This document shows positions 1 to 11,641 of a stretch of 64,000 bases of DNA, piece after piece. Positions within the stretch are counted from its first letter, which is position 1. Every line of letters starts with the position of its first letter. The stretch comes from Amphiscolops sp. MND2022 (taxonomy: Eukaryota). The stretch spans positions 52,018,001-52,082,000 of the forward strand of contig OZ076421.1 of assembly GCA_964187785.1 (NCBI GenBank), given 5' to 3'. The notes beneath the pieces were generated by a model. The model made no database searches, was not told where the DNA came from, and was given only the letters and a program-made list of their open reading frames with translations. Position numbers and translations under genes: made by a program.

Positions 1-400
1 AGAACGCCACCGAAAGGAAGTGAGACTGCTTCAACTCCTGTAGCACTATCTCCATTGAAGACCACTGTTCGGCGCTGATCAAGCTCAATTCTTCCACGAA
101 CAGTACTCCCAAGGCCATGAGGAGCTTTTTTCATTCCTGTGACCGAGTTTAGTCAACGCCTGTTCAGCCATGTCTCGAGCTGCAAGATGAGGGAGCGAGC
201 AGAACAACATTTGATTGTGCTAACCGCCAAAATGCATTGACCTCCTCGAAGCCGAACTTGTTACCAGTCGAAACACTTTTCAAAACTGCATTACTCTAAA
301 GCCATTGTCAACACGTAAGTCTTACCTGAACCCGCGGACCTAAATCAAATGTCTTCTAAACGTGTGGTCAGAAAACCATTTCTCACAAATTAGTTCTTTA
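1..400 (-). pseudogene. PIF1 helicase fragment (Walker A to motif III) of the Helitron-like family
   Basis: Minus strand gives GPxGSGKTY, FVEELSLISAEQW and LPFGGV, colinear with the helicase at 15360-15760. It is frameshifted and runs off the window edge. Confidence 0.8.
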
Positions 401-1372
401 TTCTAGAAAAAAGTCAGTGAGGATTAGTTCTTCCAATAGCTTGAGGAAGTCGCATGCCAACTTTCAGCCAAATCGCGGGGCTCGTTGAGAAGTTCGAGAG
501 GAGACTGCGCTAAGAGCCGTGTGTTGTTTTTTCCTAATCTCGGCGGGGGCCCCACACCGCCCTCCAAGTTTTAGCTGACCGAAATGGACCAATCACCTAG
601 ACGTGGACGGCAAATCGATGCGAGAAAGAGGGAAGTATTGAGAAGTTTTACTCACATGAAAGTGAACTGACCTGCATATGAAGAGTTTTGAAATCTGTCT
701 TTCGGTAGCTAGCGGGTGTACCATAACTTGACAGGCAGCTGAGAGACCACTGTCAGATGGGTAATATCGTACTTAGTAGCATTTCTTCCAATGTCTTATT
801 GTTAAGTACTAAACTACTCCTTAATTTTTTGAAGAGATCTTATATAAACGTTTCCAAGTGTAAAACCTTATTCCTACGCAATTGAATTTAATAGAACACT
901 GCTCAACGATTTAAAATCACGTTTGGCATTACAATGACTAACAATTCCTTTTTTACAACTTCACGCATGTTACTGTTTTCCTAACTCTAATTCCTATCCT
1001 TACTTTTGAATTCCTAAACTGCAAGTTTTGTTTTGAAAAAAAAAACGGTTGAAGTTTTGGGGAAGAATTTAAACTGAACTGAAAAGGTTTGGAAAATGTT
1101 ATTTGTAATGATACCTAATTACAATTGATTCTCCTAAATAAGCCTAACCTAAAAAAACAAAAAGGAAAAAGATTAACACATCGTATTTTCAGTTTTAAAT
1201 TGAGGAGAACAACTGAAGGCACTCATGTCTCCCAAATTGTTCACCTCAACAGCGCTGGAACTTTATTTGCTTGAGTTTGTTTTGGCCAGTGGCTGAAGGC
1301 ACTCAGGTCTCCCAAACCACTGACCACGGCAACATCCACACTGTCTTATGATTCCTCGTTGTCTGCTCCTCC

Positions 1373-1882
1373 TTACTGGTTGTCTGCTCCACTCGCTGTT
1401 GTTGATGTTGTTGTCGCTGCTCCATACATCTTCGCACGCTCCGCGTCGGTCAATTCTTTCTCGGGCTTCAGTCTTGCTATTTGGAACTTTTTGTGTTCCA
1501 CGGCTGTTCCTTCATATGTTGCGGGTTTGAACCAACCTACAATCTTAAACCCTCCCCCTACATTGATAGCCCTAACCATATCCTGAACCCTTGCATGTAA
1601 TTGAAACCTATCGATGTTTTCTGACTCGGCCTTAAACTTAACCTCAGGCGTTACAAAGAAGTCAGTGCTATGCGACGAGTAGATCGAAAGAAACTCCTCG
1701 TTGTTAACAGTTTCATTAAGTTCGGGACACGTTAATTCGATTAACAAAACCCAAGTTTTTCTACCTAAAGACTCTAAGCAACAGCACGGTTCGTGGTACG
1801 TTTGGCTGTCGTACAGTTTACCTGCACAAACGTTGTCTGCGATGACGACAGAGTCGACCTTGAGTTGCTTTGTAACAAATGA
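1373..1882 (-). pseudogene. C-terminal half of the OB/Zn-ribbon-like accessory protein
   Basis: FSFVTKQLKVDS...VCAGKLYDSQTYHEPCCCLE...TWVLLIELTCPEL...DRFQL...GFKIVGWFKPA matches the copies at 22774-23843 and 35914-36906. Confidence 0.75.
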
Positions 1883-1883
1883 A

Positions 1884-2177
1884 AATCATCCGAGGTGTCA
1901 GGAGGTGTCACGCGAGGGCTAGTAAGAGGTACCGGCCCCTCACGTATGACGGGATCCGGAGGTACCATATGTCCACCAACCTGAGCGAGTGGCGCAACCG
2001 GTATGACCGGAGCAGGTGCCGTCGGTAGGATTGACATTTCCCCTACCGATGGCACCTGCTCCGGTCATACCGGTTGCGCCACTCCCTCCGGTTGGTGGAC
2101 ATGTGGTACCTCCGGATCCCGTCATACCTGAGGGGCCGGTACTTCTTACTAGCCCTCGCGTGACACCTCGGATGATT
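1884..2177. repeat. Near-perfect palindrome (about 140-bp arms, about 12-nt loop), foldback/MITE-like
   Basis: Left arm AATCATCCGAGGTGTCA...GGTGCCGTCGGTAGG is the reverse complement of right arm CCTACCGATGGCACC...TGACACCTCGGATGATT. There are a few mismatches and a 10-bp duplication at 1891-1910. Confidence 0.9.
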
Positions 2178-3652
2178 CCTCTCACGAGGAAGCGGTTCCC
2201 TCACAATCGAATCAAAATGAAGTTCCACTGCGTCCTGCTCCAAATGAATTTTTTCTTCGACAGACAGAGAGTGCTATACGTTCAAAAGAGCGTTCGAACC
2301 AACTGAACTTTGGGTTTCTCCGATCTTCGCCACAACCAGACGCTGGTAGTTCTTCGTCCAGCCGCCCTCAGCCAAATGAAACTACTAAACGACAAAATAT
2401 TCTTGACTCATGTGGAAGGTGTAGGCAACTTGTTTCGACTCCAAACCAGAGTTCGGGTTTTTCCGCGCAACCTAAAGAACATCAACCTCGTAGTCCGCAG
2501 CAAAGTTTAGCAGACCAACGTGAAATCCGTTCTCGCTACGGCTTTCGCCGTTTAAAAAAGCGACTTTCCTCACAGCCTAATCCTAATAACGTAAACTCTC
2601 TTATCGATTCAACAGTTACACCTATTTTTCGGTTTTCTTCAGGTAACCTTTTAGATTCTCCTACCTCAAAAGCGCATTGCGTTTCCTCCGATTTTGCGAT
2701 GAGAAAAGGGCTTGCTTCTACCATTGCATGCTGTTATCCCGCCCTTCAACAGATGAGATTTTAGTCATCCAAACGCATTCCTCCTGGAACATTGGTCGCT
2801 TACTACGACGCATCGCGCAGTCGATTTGTCTATAACTTAGTTACAAAAAGACTTTTTTCCACAAGCCTTCGTACGACACGCTTCAACTGAGCTTGCTCGC
2901 ACTAAAACAGCACATTCTCAGCCACAATATCGAAGAAATAAGCATCCCAAAGCTCGGTTCTGGATATGATCGCTTGCATTGGCCTACAGTTTTAGCACTT
3001 TTATATCAAGTTTTTGCGAACACAACAATCACTATCACCATTATCCAGCGCCCTCGATGACGAGTTTTTCTGGTACAAGGTACCTGCACTGCCGCCCGCT
3101 TGTTGCTCAGCTCTTTCTGTTAAATCTTCGCCTAGTTTCCTATGCGAAATTTCATCATTCCAATTTGACAACATTTTTCAAGGTCATGATGACGTAGCGA
3201 CCCTGAATTTGGAGGCACCGGCCATCAAATTTCCTGTACACTCTGAATAAATGGTCGAATGGCAAATCCGGGGCAAAAATTTTTTCTGTCTCGGTGGGCA
3301 ATCTCAGGACCCCCCTTAATTTCTCAATTTTCGTATTTTTCTGTCGCATCACACCAATTTTTTCCTCCCTGCCTTGTCCGTACTTTTTTTGGGCCTTCTG
3401 AGCGCTTGTTTTCTCCTTTCTTTTGTCCGCCACTCTAAAACTTTTTCAAACATAACTTTCTTGAAATAATTTGTGATTACAGTTCCTGAATTGAGATATG
3501 ACCGATGTCTTTTACCGACACTCTGTGTTTATGTCCAGCGTGGCTTTGCCGCCTTTTTTAACTGCCTTTCAGCAGAATGGGGCTTTTTAAATGTTGTATC
3601 TTTCCTGAACATTCGACATTTTACGGCTGTCTTTTTTGGTTTTTCCTGTAAT

Positions 3653-4230
3653 TTACATGTGTACCCACTCTTCAACTCGCCAGTTCTGGATCGGTTCGCA
3701 ATGGAACATTTTGTATTTCTGTGAGTGTACACAGTGAATGAGGAATGCTTCTCGACAGGATGCCCCTTTCTTAGTCGAATATCTTATCCAACCTCTGCCA
3801 TCTTCATACTGCCAAAACACTAGTATGTCCACTCCCAGAAACAGGGCGGTCCCGAGCATCTGAACAACATAATGAGTCAAACTCATTTCTCCTGGCCTAG
3901 CAATGATTTTGTCAACGTTGCAACTTACCCATGTTTCACTCACTGCCTCCTTTGAGGTCCGAACGTGTTCAATCTCCCAGGGATTGGTAGCATACCCCAG
4001 GCGCTCAATACATAAGTCTTCAAACTCGCTGGTTCGCATGCTTTGCCCAATTGCGTCCCGTAGTCGTTTTAACTCGCCTGCGTTCTTTTTCTTATCTGAA
4101 AACTCCATCCAACATCATCTTGCTTCCTTTTGAAAGCTACATTCAAGTTAAATACTACCGCTTTTTTGTCCAACGAGGAGAAAATAAATGGCTGAAAACC
4201 AGCATTCCCCTCCTCCTTGTCCCAAGACCG
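3653..4230 (-). pseudogene. OTU-family cysteine protease domain, decayed
   Basis: GGECWFSAIYFLLVG fits the OTU GxCxFxAxxxxLxG nucleophile motif. LKRLRDAI, W...MLGTALFLGVDILVF and HCEPI (catalytic His) follow in the same frame, across two in-frame stops near 4115-4150. Confidence 0.65.
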
Positions 4231-4922
4231 ATTTGCAACTGATATCGCTTGGATGGCCCAGTCCCACTAACCGTTCCCCCTTATATTCATCCGCAACCCT
4301 TCTGTGTTTCAAGCCCACCTGCTCGCATATGCCCACCCGCTTTGAGGCTGCCACACTTATTGCCTGTTCCCATCCATGACCCTGATGCAAGGCCCAGAAA
4401 CATTGGGGACAGTTGTGCATGTACCTCAAATGAATCCACATGTGGATGGTGACCATGAATGATATATTGCTATCATTATTAATACTCACAAATTGCAGGC
4501 TCTTGCTAGTCCACCTAGCCACAGCGGTAGAGCAGACCCACGATCCGCCACGGCCCCTCGAAGAACTTGCATATCCCGACAGTGCCACGCTTCCTTGTTG
4601 TAGTGTATCGGCTGTAGTACATTTTCCAACTGTTCTAAAGTTGGTACTTTCAATCCGCCCCATAATAACCCCCCGTCCTCTCGGACACTGAATTGCATGT
4701 CTTGCAAAAATGAAAGTATCATGTTTTTCCTTTTTGAAGGATGTGTTGTGATCCCTATGAAGACTATAAAATTATGTTATGCCGCTAATGGTTGGTTGTC
4801 TAGTTGTTGCGCAAATTCTTTCGGGAAAATTGAGAACTTTAGCCAAAAAAATGTCAAAAATATAAATCCGAAAAACATTGAGGAATTTCATTGTTAGACA
4901 ATAAAAATCAACAAAAAATTAC

Positions 4923-5110
4923 CTGAACATTGGGGTGATTGAATTGTGCCATGATTGCGGCTTCTATGCAGGTGCTACGCACACTCTCTGAGTCTGAATT
5001 ATGAATGGACTTGACGAGCACAGCACAGCTCTGATTGTCAGTGCCATGTTAAGTGGCCCTGCACACCTGTTGACCACACGCAGTAGAGGTGGCTTTGAAC
5101 CCACCATCGT
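4923..5110 (-). pseudogene. Tyrosine-kinase N-lobe exon (Eph-like) with an in-frame stop
   Basis: tttcag acceptor (5116-5111) and gtaatt donor flank a 188-nt exon encoding ...AVLVKSI...CIEAAIMAQFNHPNVQ (VAVK Lys, alphaC Glu, HPNV). TAA at 5049-5051. Confidence 0.65.
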
Positions 5111-5971
5111 CTGAAACATCAAAGTGACGTCATTATTACATCATATTCACAACCGCTTTTAGTCTGAAATGTTGCCCAAATGGGAACTTTTGATACGTTT
5201 TTCCCCATCATGTTTACCCATTATTCGAATAGCCTTTCCATAATTTAACAAAATCTGAGATTTTGAATCCACGGAAAAGTTAAATTGGCTCATAGTTAAT
5301 CGATTAAAATAATATATATTAAAAATATGATTATGTTTATGAGTGACGTTCATGACAATTGTAGCCCGCATTTTTACTCAACGAACGCACATATGAGAGC
5401 AATCAAGTGCTTGAATTTTCGCTTCAACATTTTTGCAAAAAACTAAAAAAAATTTTAGAACAAAAGTAGTTAGCGAAATGCCGATCCGGCTCAAACAACA
5501 AAAAAATTCAAAAACTCAAAAGGCCCCCTTTTAAGGCATTTTTCCATAACAAATCATCAAAATTAGCGTTTTTTCACAACGATAAGAATCTGAGATTACA
5601 TCAAGACAAAATGAGAACAATTTTCAAAGCCGCCACACCATGTGCATCAGTAGTGTGAAAAATTCTAATACTAACATGTGTATTATTTGAATAATTCGAA
5701 TTTCGCGCGTTCCTAGGTATATCTAAGCAGACGGTTGTCTAAAAAATTCTCCTAGTCTGACCTTGAGGTGCAATTGGAAATGCACCAAAAAAATTTTTCA
5801 CTTTTCTCTTAACATTCACAGTGAACAGCATGGCGAGGTATAACTCAACGAATATTTGAGCTACAACAAAGTATAATATACCATTGAAAAGATCTCAATA
5901 AGGACTGCCTATCTCGATAAGTTTCGAAAACAGTTTCATAAATGAATGAATCGAAAAAAAATTACTATTAA

Positions 5972-6382
5972 ATGAATTATTTGTCATTCAAAGAATTTGT
6001 TGAAAAATACGGACTAAAAAATGAAGCAACTTCTAATATAAAAATAAAAGAAATCTTAAAACTCATGAACATAACCAAGTGTGGAATATACATGAGAGAT
6101 GATAAGTTTACAACAGATTCTGGAATTGTTAACTTACATCCAACTAAAGGAACACATTGGTTTATGTATACAAACAAACACTATTTTGATTCATATGGCT
6201 GCCCACCTCCACTAAACATAATGAGTTTCATTAATAAAGGTATCTATTCAGAATATCAAATTCAGAAAGACGACAGTCATTGCGCGGTGTATTGTTTGTA
6301 TGTGTTGTATCTCACAAAAATATTAGGCTTTAAAAATACAGTACTAAATTTATACTATCAAACTTTCAAACTTAATAAATGA
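5972..6382 (+). CDS. Polinton/adintovirus adenain-like maturation protease
   Basis: GIVNL...GTHW...YFDSYGCPPP...YQIQ...SHCAVYCL gives the His-Asp-Gln-Cys pattern of adenain-type proteases. 136-aa open frame. Confidence 0.85.
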   Translation: MNYLSFKEFVEKYGLKNEATSNIKIKEILKLMNITKCGIYMRDDKFTTDSGIVNLHPTKGTHWFMYTNKHYFDSYGCPPPLNIMSFINKGIYSEYQIQKDDSHCAVYCLYVLYLTKILGFKNTVLNLYYQTFKLNK

Positions 6383-6584
6383 AGAAAATTAATAATTATT
6401 CAGCTCAATATAAAATAATCTCGCACAGCTACACAGCACAACCCGCGCAGCTTCACAGTCAAAATCATGCAAAAACTACAGCAAAGCCACATAAGAAAAA
6501 ATTATCAAAAGATAGGCAAGAATTCATAAACAACATATCCGCTAGTGGATTTAAACAATTTCAAGCATGATTTTTTTCTAATAA

Positions 6585-7592
6585 ATGGATCGATCAAACT
6601 TTGTAACTTATGATAAAAAAGAATCTCTTCTTTTAAATATTGCAAAATCTAATCAAGAAATTGTTGAAAATACTCATTCTAAACCACAAGAACCTCTAGA
6701 ATTTAAAATGACTAAACAAAAGGAATCTTTTTCATTTGATGTTCCTCTCCTTTTAAACGAAAAATGGATGATGGGAGTAACAAATTTAGAAGTATACAAC
6801 ACTGTATATGACATTACTGAAAAGAACAATAAACTTGAAATTCTTCTAACCAAACAACAACTCGAAGAACATAGAATTGACACTGAATTAGTGTCAAATA
6901 TAAAAAATTTATATGAAAACTCTGACATTAAATTTATAGAAAAAACTAATACATTTATAACTAATAGTTATTCTAAAAAGAAGAAGAAACTTACTAGAAA
7001 AGACTTTAACAAACTCAATGAATTATTTGAAGTTTTTAATTATCCTAAACAACAAATACATATTCCTGACTTTGAAATTGAACATGATTCCTTTGGAATA
7101 TAGTTAGTACCAGGAGCATATGAATTAGTTGATATCAATGCTTCCATAAAACAAAAAACTGCTGATTCTGATTTTAAATTCAATATAGAAGCAGACACAA
7201 TATCAATGAAATCAGTTTTAACAACCTCAAACCCTATTCATTTTAACTCCGAACTTAACAAAGTCCTGGGATTCACAAACAAGGATTACCCTTTGGGAAC
7301 TCACACTTCAGAAAAACCAGTTATGATAACAACCACAGACAAAGTTCATCTGAAGTGCGACTGCGTTGATGGTTCAATTTTTAATGGTATACGATAACAA
7401 ATTTTGTTTTCTTTCAATTTAAGCGCACCTCCAGGATATAAAATTATAAAAGAACCCACAACTGTATTGTACAAGCTGATAAACAAAACACGACTGGACA
7501 CCATCCAATTTTTCCTTGAGGACTCCAACCACAATCCAGTTGATTTCAACAGGGAGACACTCACCTTCACAATTCAAATTATCAAGATGTAA
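6585..7592 (+). pseudogene. Polinton/adintovirus minor capsid (penton) protein
   Basis: ORFs 6585, 7206 and 7404 share one frame, separated by stops at 7101-7103 and 7395-7397. Motifs WMMGVTNLEVYNTVYDITEKNN, PGAYELVDIN, LGF, VHLKCDCVDGS, PPGYKI and VDFNRE are typical of this family. Confidence 0.75.
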
Positions 7593-7636
7593 CATAAATG
7601 CGAAGCCTGGAAAAAATGAATATTTTTTTCTAATAA

Positions 7637-8039
7637 ATGAGCTTTAATAAATTTAAAAATAATTCATACTGTGTTGGTGGAAAACATTATTCCACTACCA
7701 CAAATATTCGTGGAGATATTACAGTCAATAAAAAAAAACAGGATTACCCGTAAAACTATTAAGAGGTACTTGAACTATTGTAAAAGAAATAAAAGTCTTA
7801 TTGTATCTGATCAAACAATAAATGGGGAAGGATTGGGAGACTTCTTCAAACACCTCGGAAAAGCTGCTAAGAATGTCGGAAAGAAAATACTCAATAATCC
7901 AGGCCGCACATTGGAAATAGCAGCAAATATTGGAACTGCAGCAGCAAGTAAAAATCCAAAACTTATTGCTGCAACTGCACCCGAAGTCATTAAATTTGTA
8001 CATCAAGGGAAGGGTTTATATTTGGGTAAAATTCATTAA
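7637..8039 (+). pseudogene. Polinton small Cys-containing, pVI-like virion protein (frameshifted)
   Basis: ATG at 7637 reads SYCVGGKHYS..., shifts in the A-run near 7730, and continues CKRNKS...INGEG-LGDFFKHLGKAAKNVGKKIL (amphipathic helix after a GxG site). Confidence 0.6.
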
Positions 8040-8052
8040 ATATATTTAATAA

Positions 8053-8425
8053 ATGTATTCAATTCATAATCGGGTTGACTTGGAAAAATTAAAAAAAATT
8101 ACAAGAAACAAAATCTTTACTAAAAGCTGAAAGATTGAAAGAGAAACTAGGGAAGCAAGACTTTCATTACGATATGGAAGAAGTTTTTGAACCCGTAACA
8201 GAAAATCAGAAACAAAACATTTCTAAACAACAAGAACTTTCCGAAAAGCAACTACAAGCACTACAAGATTCTACCCAAACTACAACACAAGCAATACAAG
8301 ACCAAACTAGAGCAATTCGAGAATCGAGTAACACAATGCAGAAATCAATGCAAAAATCTTTTAAACAGGGAATACAAGAATATGATGAAATTACTAACCG
8401 GAATAATCAGTTTGTTGCGTTCGCA
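8053..8425 (+). pseudogene. Polinton-associated coiled-coil protein (FEPVT motif), truncated
   Basis: Q/E-rich helical ORF with EEVFEPVT directly after the pVI-like gene. There is an A-run frameshift near 8095 and the similarity ends just before the tRNA-like insertion. Confidence 0.45.
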
Positions 8426-8456
8426 ATAAGATTAAATTAAAATCAATCAATAACAA

Positions 8457-8529
8457 GACGGTTTGGCCAAATGGTTAGTGCGCGTGATTCTAAAGCCGTA
8501 GATCGCGGGTTCGAATCCCGGTAACTGAA
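8457..8529 (+). mobile_element. tRNA-like Pol III head (SINE or tRNA pseudogene)
   Basis: A-box TGGCCAAATGG and B-box GGTTCGAATCC at tRNA spacing, with T-arm CGGG/CCCG. The anticodon and acceptor stems pair poorly. Confidence 0.6.
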
Positions 8530-9534
8530 AATATTTGATACTTTCAAATACTGAAAAATATATTTTTCTAATCATTATTCACTTTGCTATCTCGAAACTT
8601 TGTTTAATAACATTTGTCAACAAATATTGTTCTTTTGCATGTTTGCACATATTTTGACATTCATTATTGGTATTGTGTGGGCCGATAATAACAACTAATA
8701 ACAATTCTCTCATGAATAGCTCGTTTTTGAATTTGAGAGTTTTTTGCTGCAACAGTAATACTTATTAGTTTTGAAAATTACGCCAAAGTAGGTCATTTGC
8801 ATTTAAAACCGAAGTGAGCAGTAACTAGGTAAAAACAATTTTTCCAGACCTTTCTAGCGTCCTTTATAATTGAATGCTAACCATTTTGATATGTATGGCA
8901 ATGATTTTGATATATATCTAACAAATGCTCCGCAGGTAAAAAACGGCGGTCAGTTTAAGACATAAATGTCTTAAACTGACAAAACTTCAATCTCTCAAAG
9001 ACATTATGAAACAAAAAATTATTAGTTTTTTAATAATTTTCGGACGTTTAAACAAATTGGAGGATATTTTTTGTAGTCGAAATCTTAAAAAAGATAGAAA
9101 ATTCTATACCCAAAATTTTTTTATCTCTGGATACATCATTGAACAAAAAGAGTAGCCACTTTATCAGTAGACCACCCAAGTTTCGGACAAATTGGCTATT
9201 TGCGATGGAAACAAAGTTCATGGGCCACTTTATCAGTAGACCACAAGTCATTGGAAAGAATGAATATCAAGTCCGCTTCTGTGCACTAAACTGTTTCCCG
9301 AAACATACTATTCAAAACTTTTGAACAACAGGAGAAAATATATTGAATTGCTGAGACAGAAGTTAAGGCAGAGCAGAATAATGACATTAAGTAACAAATT
9401 ATTCGGTTGAAACAAATTAAGCAACGAATTATTCAGTTTAAACAAGTCATTCATATTTTCAGCAAAGTTCCAGTTTCCAACAATCGAAAGAAAGTACTTC
9501 CCTTACAAATTCGCTGTAAAGTTGAAGAAATTAG

Positions 9535-10132
9535 TCATGAGAATAGACAACAGTTAAGATGACATACAAGCAAGGCAAGTAAAAGTTGAACAGCGAACAT
9601 TGGAAGAAACTTACGGAAAAGTTTGTTGACAATGATGGATCTCAATTGACTGAGTCCAAAGCTCGACAGATGAACCTTGTCGTCCCCGACAATCCACTTT
9701 GAACTCATTTTTGTCCCGAGCCCAACGAACGTATACCGATCCATAGCTGAGAACTGGAGAGCCTGGTTTAAGTGCTTGATGCTAAGGAACGTAGCTTCTG
9801 TAGCAATTCTATGAGGCAATCCCATTACAAATACATTTCCCAAGTGGGACAACTGCTCAGAGGCAGCCAGAATTTGAAAAACAATTTCGGGGACTGTTCT
9901 TCTATGTCGCACACGACCTTGTTTCGGGCGAGATTCCAGTCCGTTGGCCCCAAGAAGAATAATAAAGGCATTATACAATTGGGTTGGAATGATGGATATA
10001 ATACGGGGCAGATCTGCTCTACTACCAGGAACAGTGGCAACATCGCAATTATCGCAAATGAGGTTTCTAACCAAGGGAATCACCAATAATTAAAACATCA
10101 TTCGCTGGGTTTTGATGATATATCAGCTCCAT
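9535..10132 (-). pseudogene. Canonical GDSL/SGNH hydrolase (about 198 aa) with one frameshift
   Basis: ATG at 10132 reads ...VLIIGDSL. Removing one G at about 10071 joins it to VRNL...VPG...ILLGANGL...DDKVHLSSFG, giving blocks I, II, III and V. Confidence 0.8.
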
Positions 10133-11316
10133 TTTGAAACCGTTTGAAAAGAAATGCATTATCAAATATCTGGAAAAAGCATCATGTTAGTCTCGAAGAA
10201 GGAGAATTTCTTACATGAAATTATGATGTAATTCCCAGAAAGCACCATGAGTAAATTTTTTGTTCGGAAATTTTAGATAGTAGACGCGTAGCGCCACTTT
10301 CCACTCGATTGATACCGTATTGATCCAAACCATTCGGAAATACATGATTACTAATCATATATTTAGTAAAGAAGCAAGAACTGACACAAGTAAAAGAAGC
10401 ACTCAAACTCTATTAGAAACAAAACGGCCCATTATAAAGAAGCATTAAACAATCGGACCTTAGTTAGTTTTTTTTTACCTCACCGCCCCTTAAGGCAGAT
10501 CTACACCTTTCGCCTCGGGTTGACATTCGCAACCGTCAGCGAGGTCCATGGGACCCCCTCTGAAAAGAACAGGGCAAAAAATACTTGATTGTGATGTGCT
10601 ACAGCCTATCCTAAACCTAAAACCTTTCAAAAATGTGAAGCACAAAAAACATGTCAGACTTATTATAATCTTTTCCCAAAACTTATTCAAAAAATACCGC
10701 TTCATAACATTCACGCACGTCCGTCATCTGAGTAATTATATAAATTACATTTTTGAAAATGTTTAAAAAATGTCACTGCCTTCCAAAATCACAAATACCG
10801 GGCGTCTGGTCAACCGACTAGAAAAAAAGTTTGCCATAATGCAAATTCAAAGAACAACCTAGCTATCTCAGCGGCAAAACACTACTTTGGTTAAAGCCAA
10901 AAACGTCTCAATGCTCAACTCCACTTATTCTCCACTAAGTAAGGAAAAACAACGGTTAGGTTTCAGAATAAAGTCAATTAAGTCTCAGTCTTAAGGTCTT
11001 TTGGTCAAAAAGTCGAAGTAGAAAAAGTCGGTTTTGGGAAAGTCTGGTTTTGGTATGATTTCTCACTTTTTAGGATTTGACGATCTTTATTTAAGTAGAG
11101 TGTGTCAGCGTGGTAAGCTCAAAGAGTACACGTGCTGCCACACTGGTTATATGGTTTGATGGTAGTTTTTTTAAAGTTGTGTATAAGCTTGGAAGGAGTA
11201 CACAAGCTTTTACACTGTTAGTCTTTCGTCTAGATTGTAGTCATCTGTTCAGTCCGTTACGTCATTGTTTGTCATCGTCCAGCAAACCAACATAATTAAA
11301 CCCTACATTTTGTTTT

Positions 11317-11641
11317 AAAACCTAATGTGGAGAACAACACACGTTCACTTTCCGAGTAGAACAATGTGCTTTCCCGTAAAACCTTTACCCGGTACTTCAC
11401 AAGGCGGGAACCACGCTCATCGTCGATTCCACCAAAAGAGCAACATAGCTCGAAATTACATACAACATCGCACGGTGTCCACCCTGTGTAGTAGAACTTT
11501 GTGCCATATTCTACAGTGCCTACTTTTACATTTTTACAGAAAATTAGATGTTGTTTCAAAACCTAATGTGGAGAACAACACACGTTCACTTTCCGAGTAG
11601 AACAATGTGCTTTCCCGTAAAACCTTTACCCGGTACTTCAC
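11317..11641. repeat. 241-bp tandem duplication whose second copy is split by the LINE
   Basis: AAAACCTAATGTGGAG...GGTACTTCAC occurs at 11317-11400 and 11558-11641. The continuation AAGGCGGGAACCACG follows at 11401 and resumes at 13901. Confidence 0.9.

Noticed and set aside
1774-2306. Pro-rich paired ORFs on opposite strands
   Set aside because: They are a by-product of the palindrome.
2200-3433. Direct homology to the N-terminus of the 21046 transposase
   Set aside because: Only vague compositional resemblance; no alignable motifs.
8457-8529. Amber-suppressor tRNA (CTA at the anticodon position)
   Set aside because: The anticodon and acceptor stems do not pair properly, so this is better explained as a SINE head or pseudogene.
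10490-10562. Hammerhead or HDV-like ribozyme
   Set aside because: It reads CTGACGG rather than CTGANGA, GAAA is misplaced, and no P1/P2 nested pseudoknot could be built by eye.
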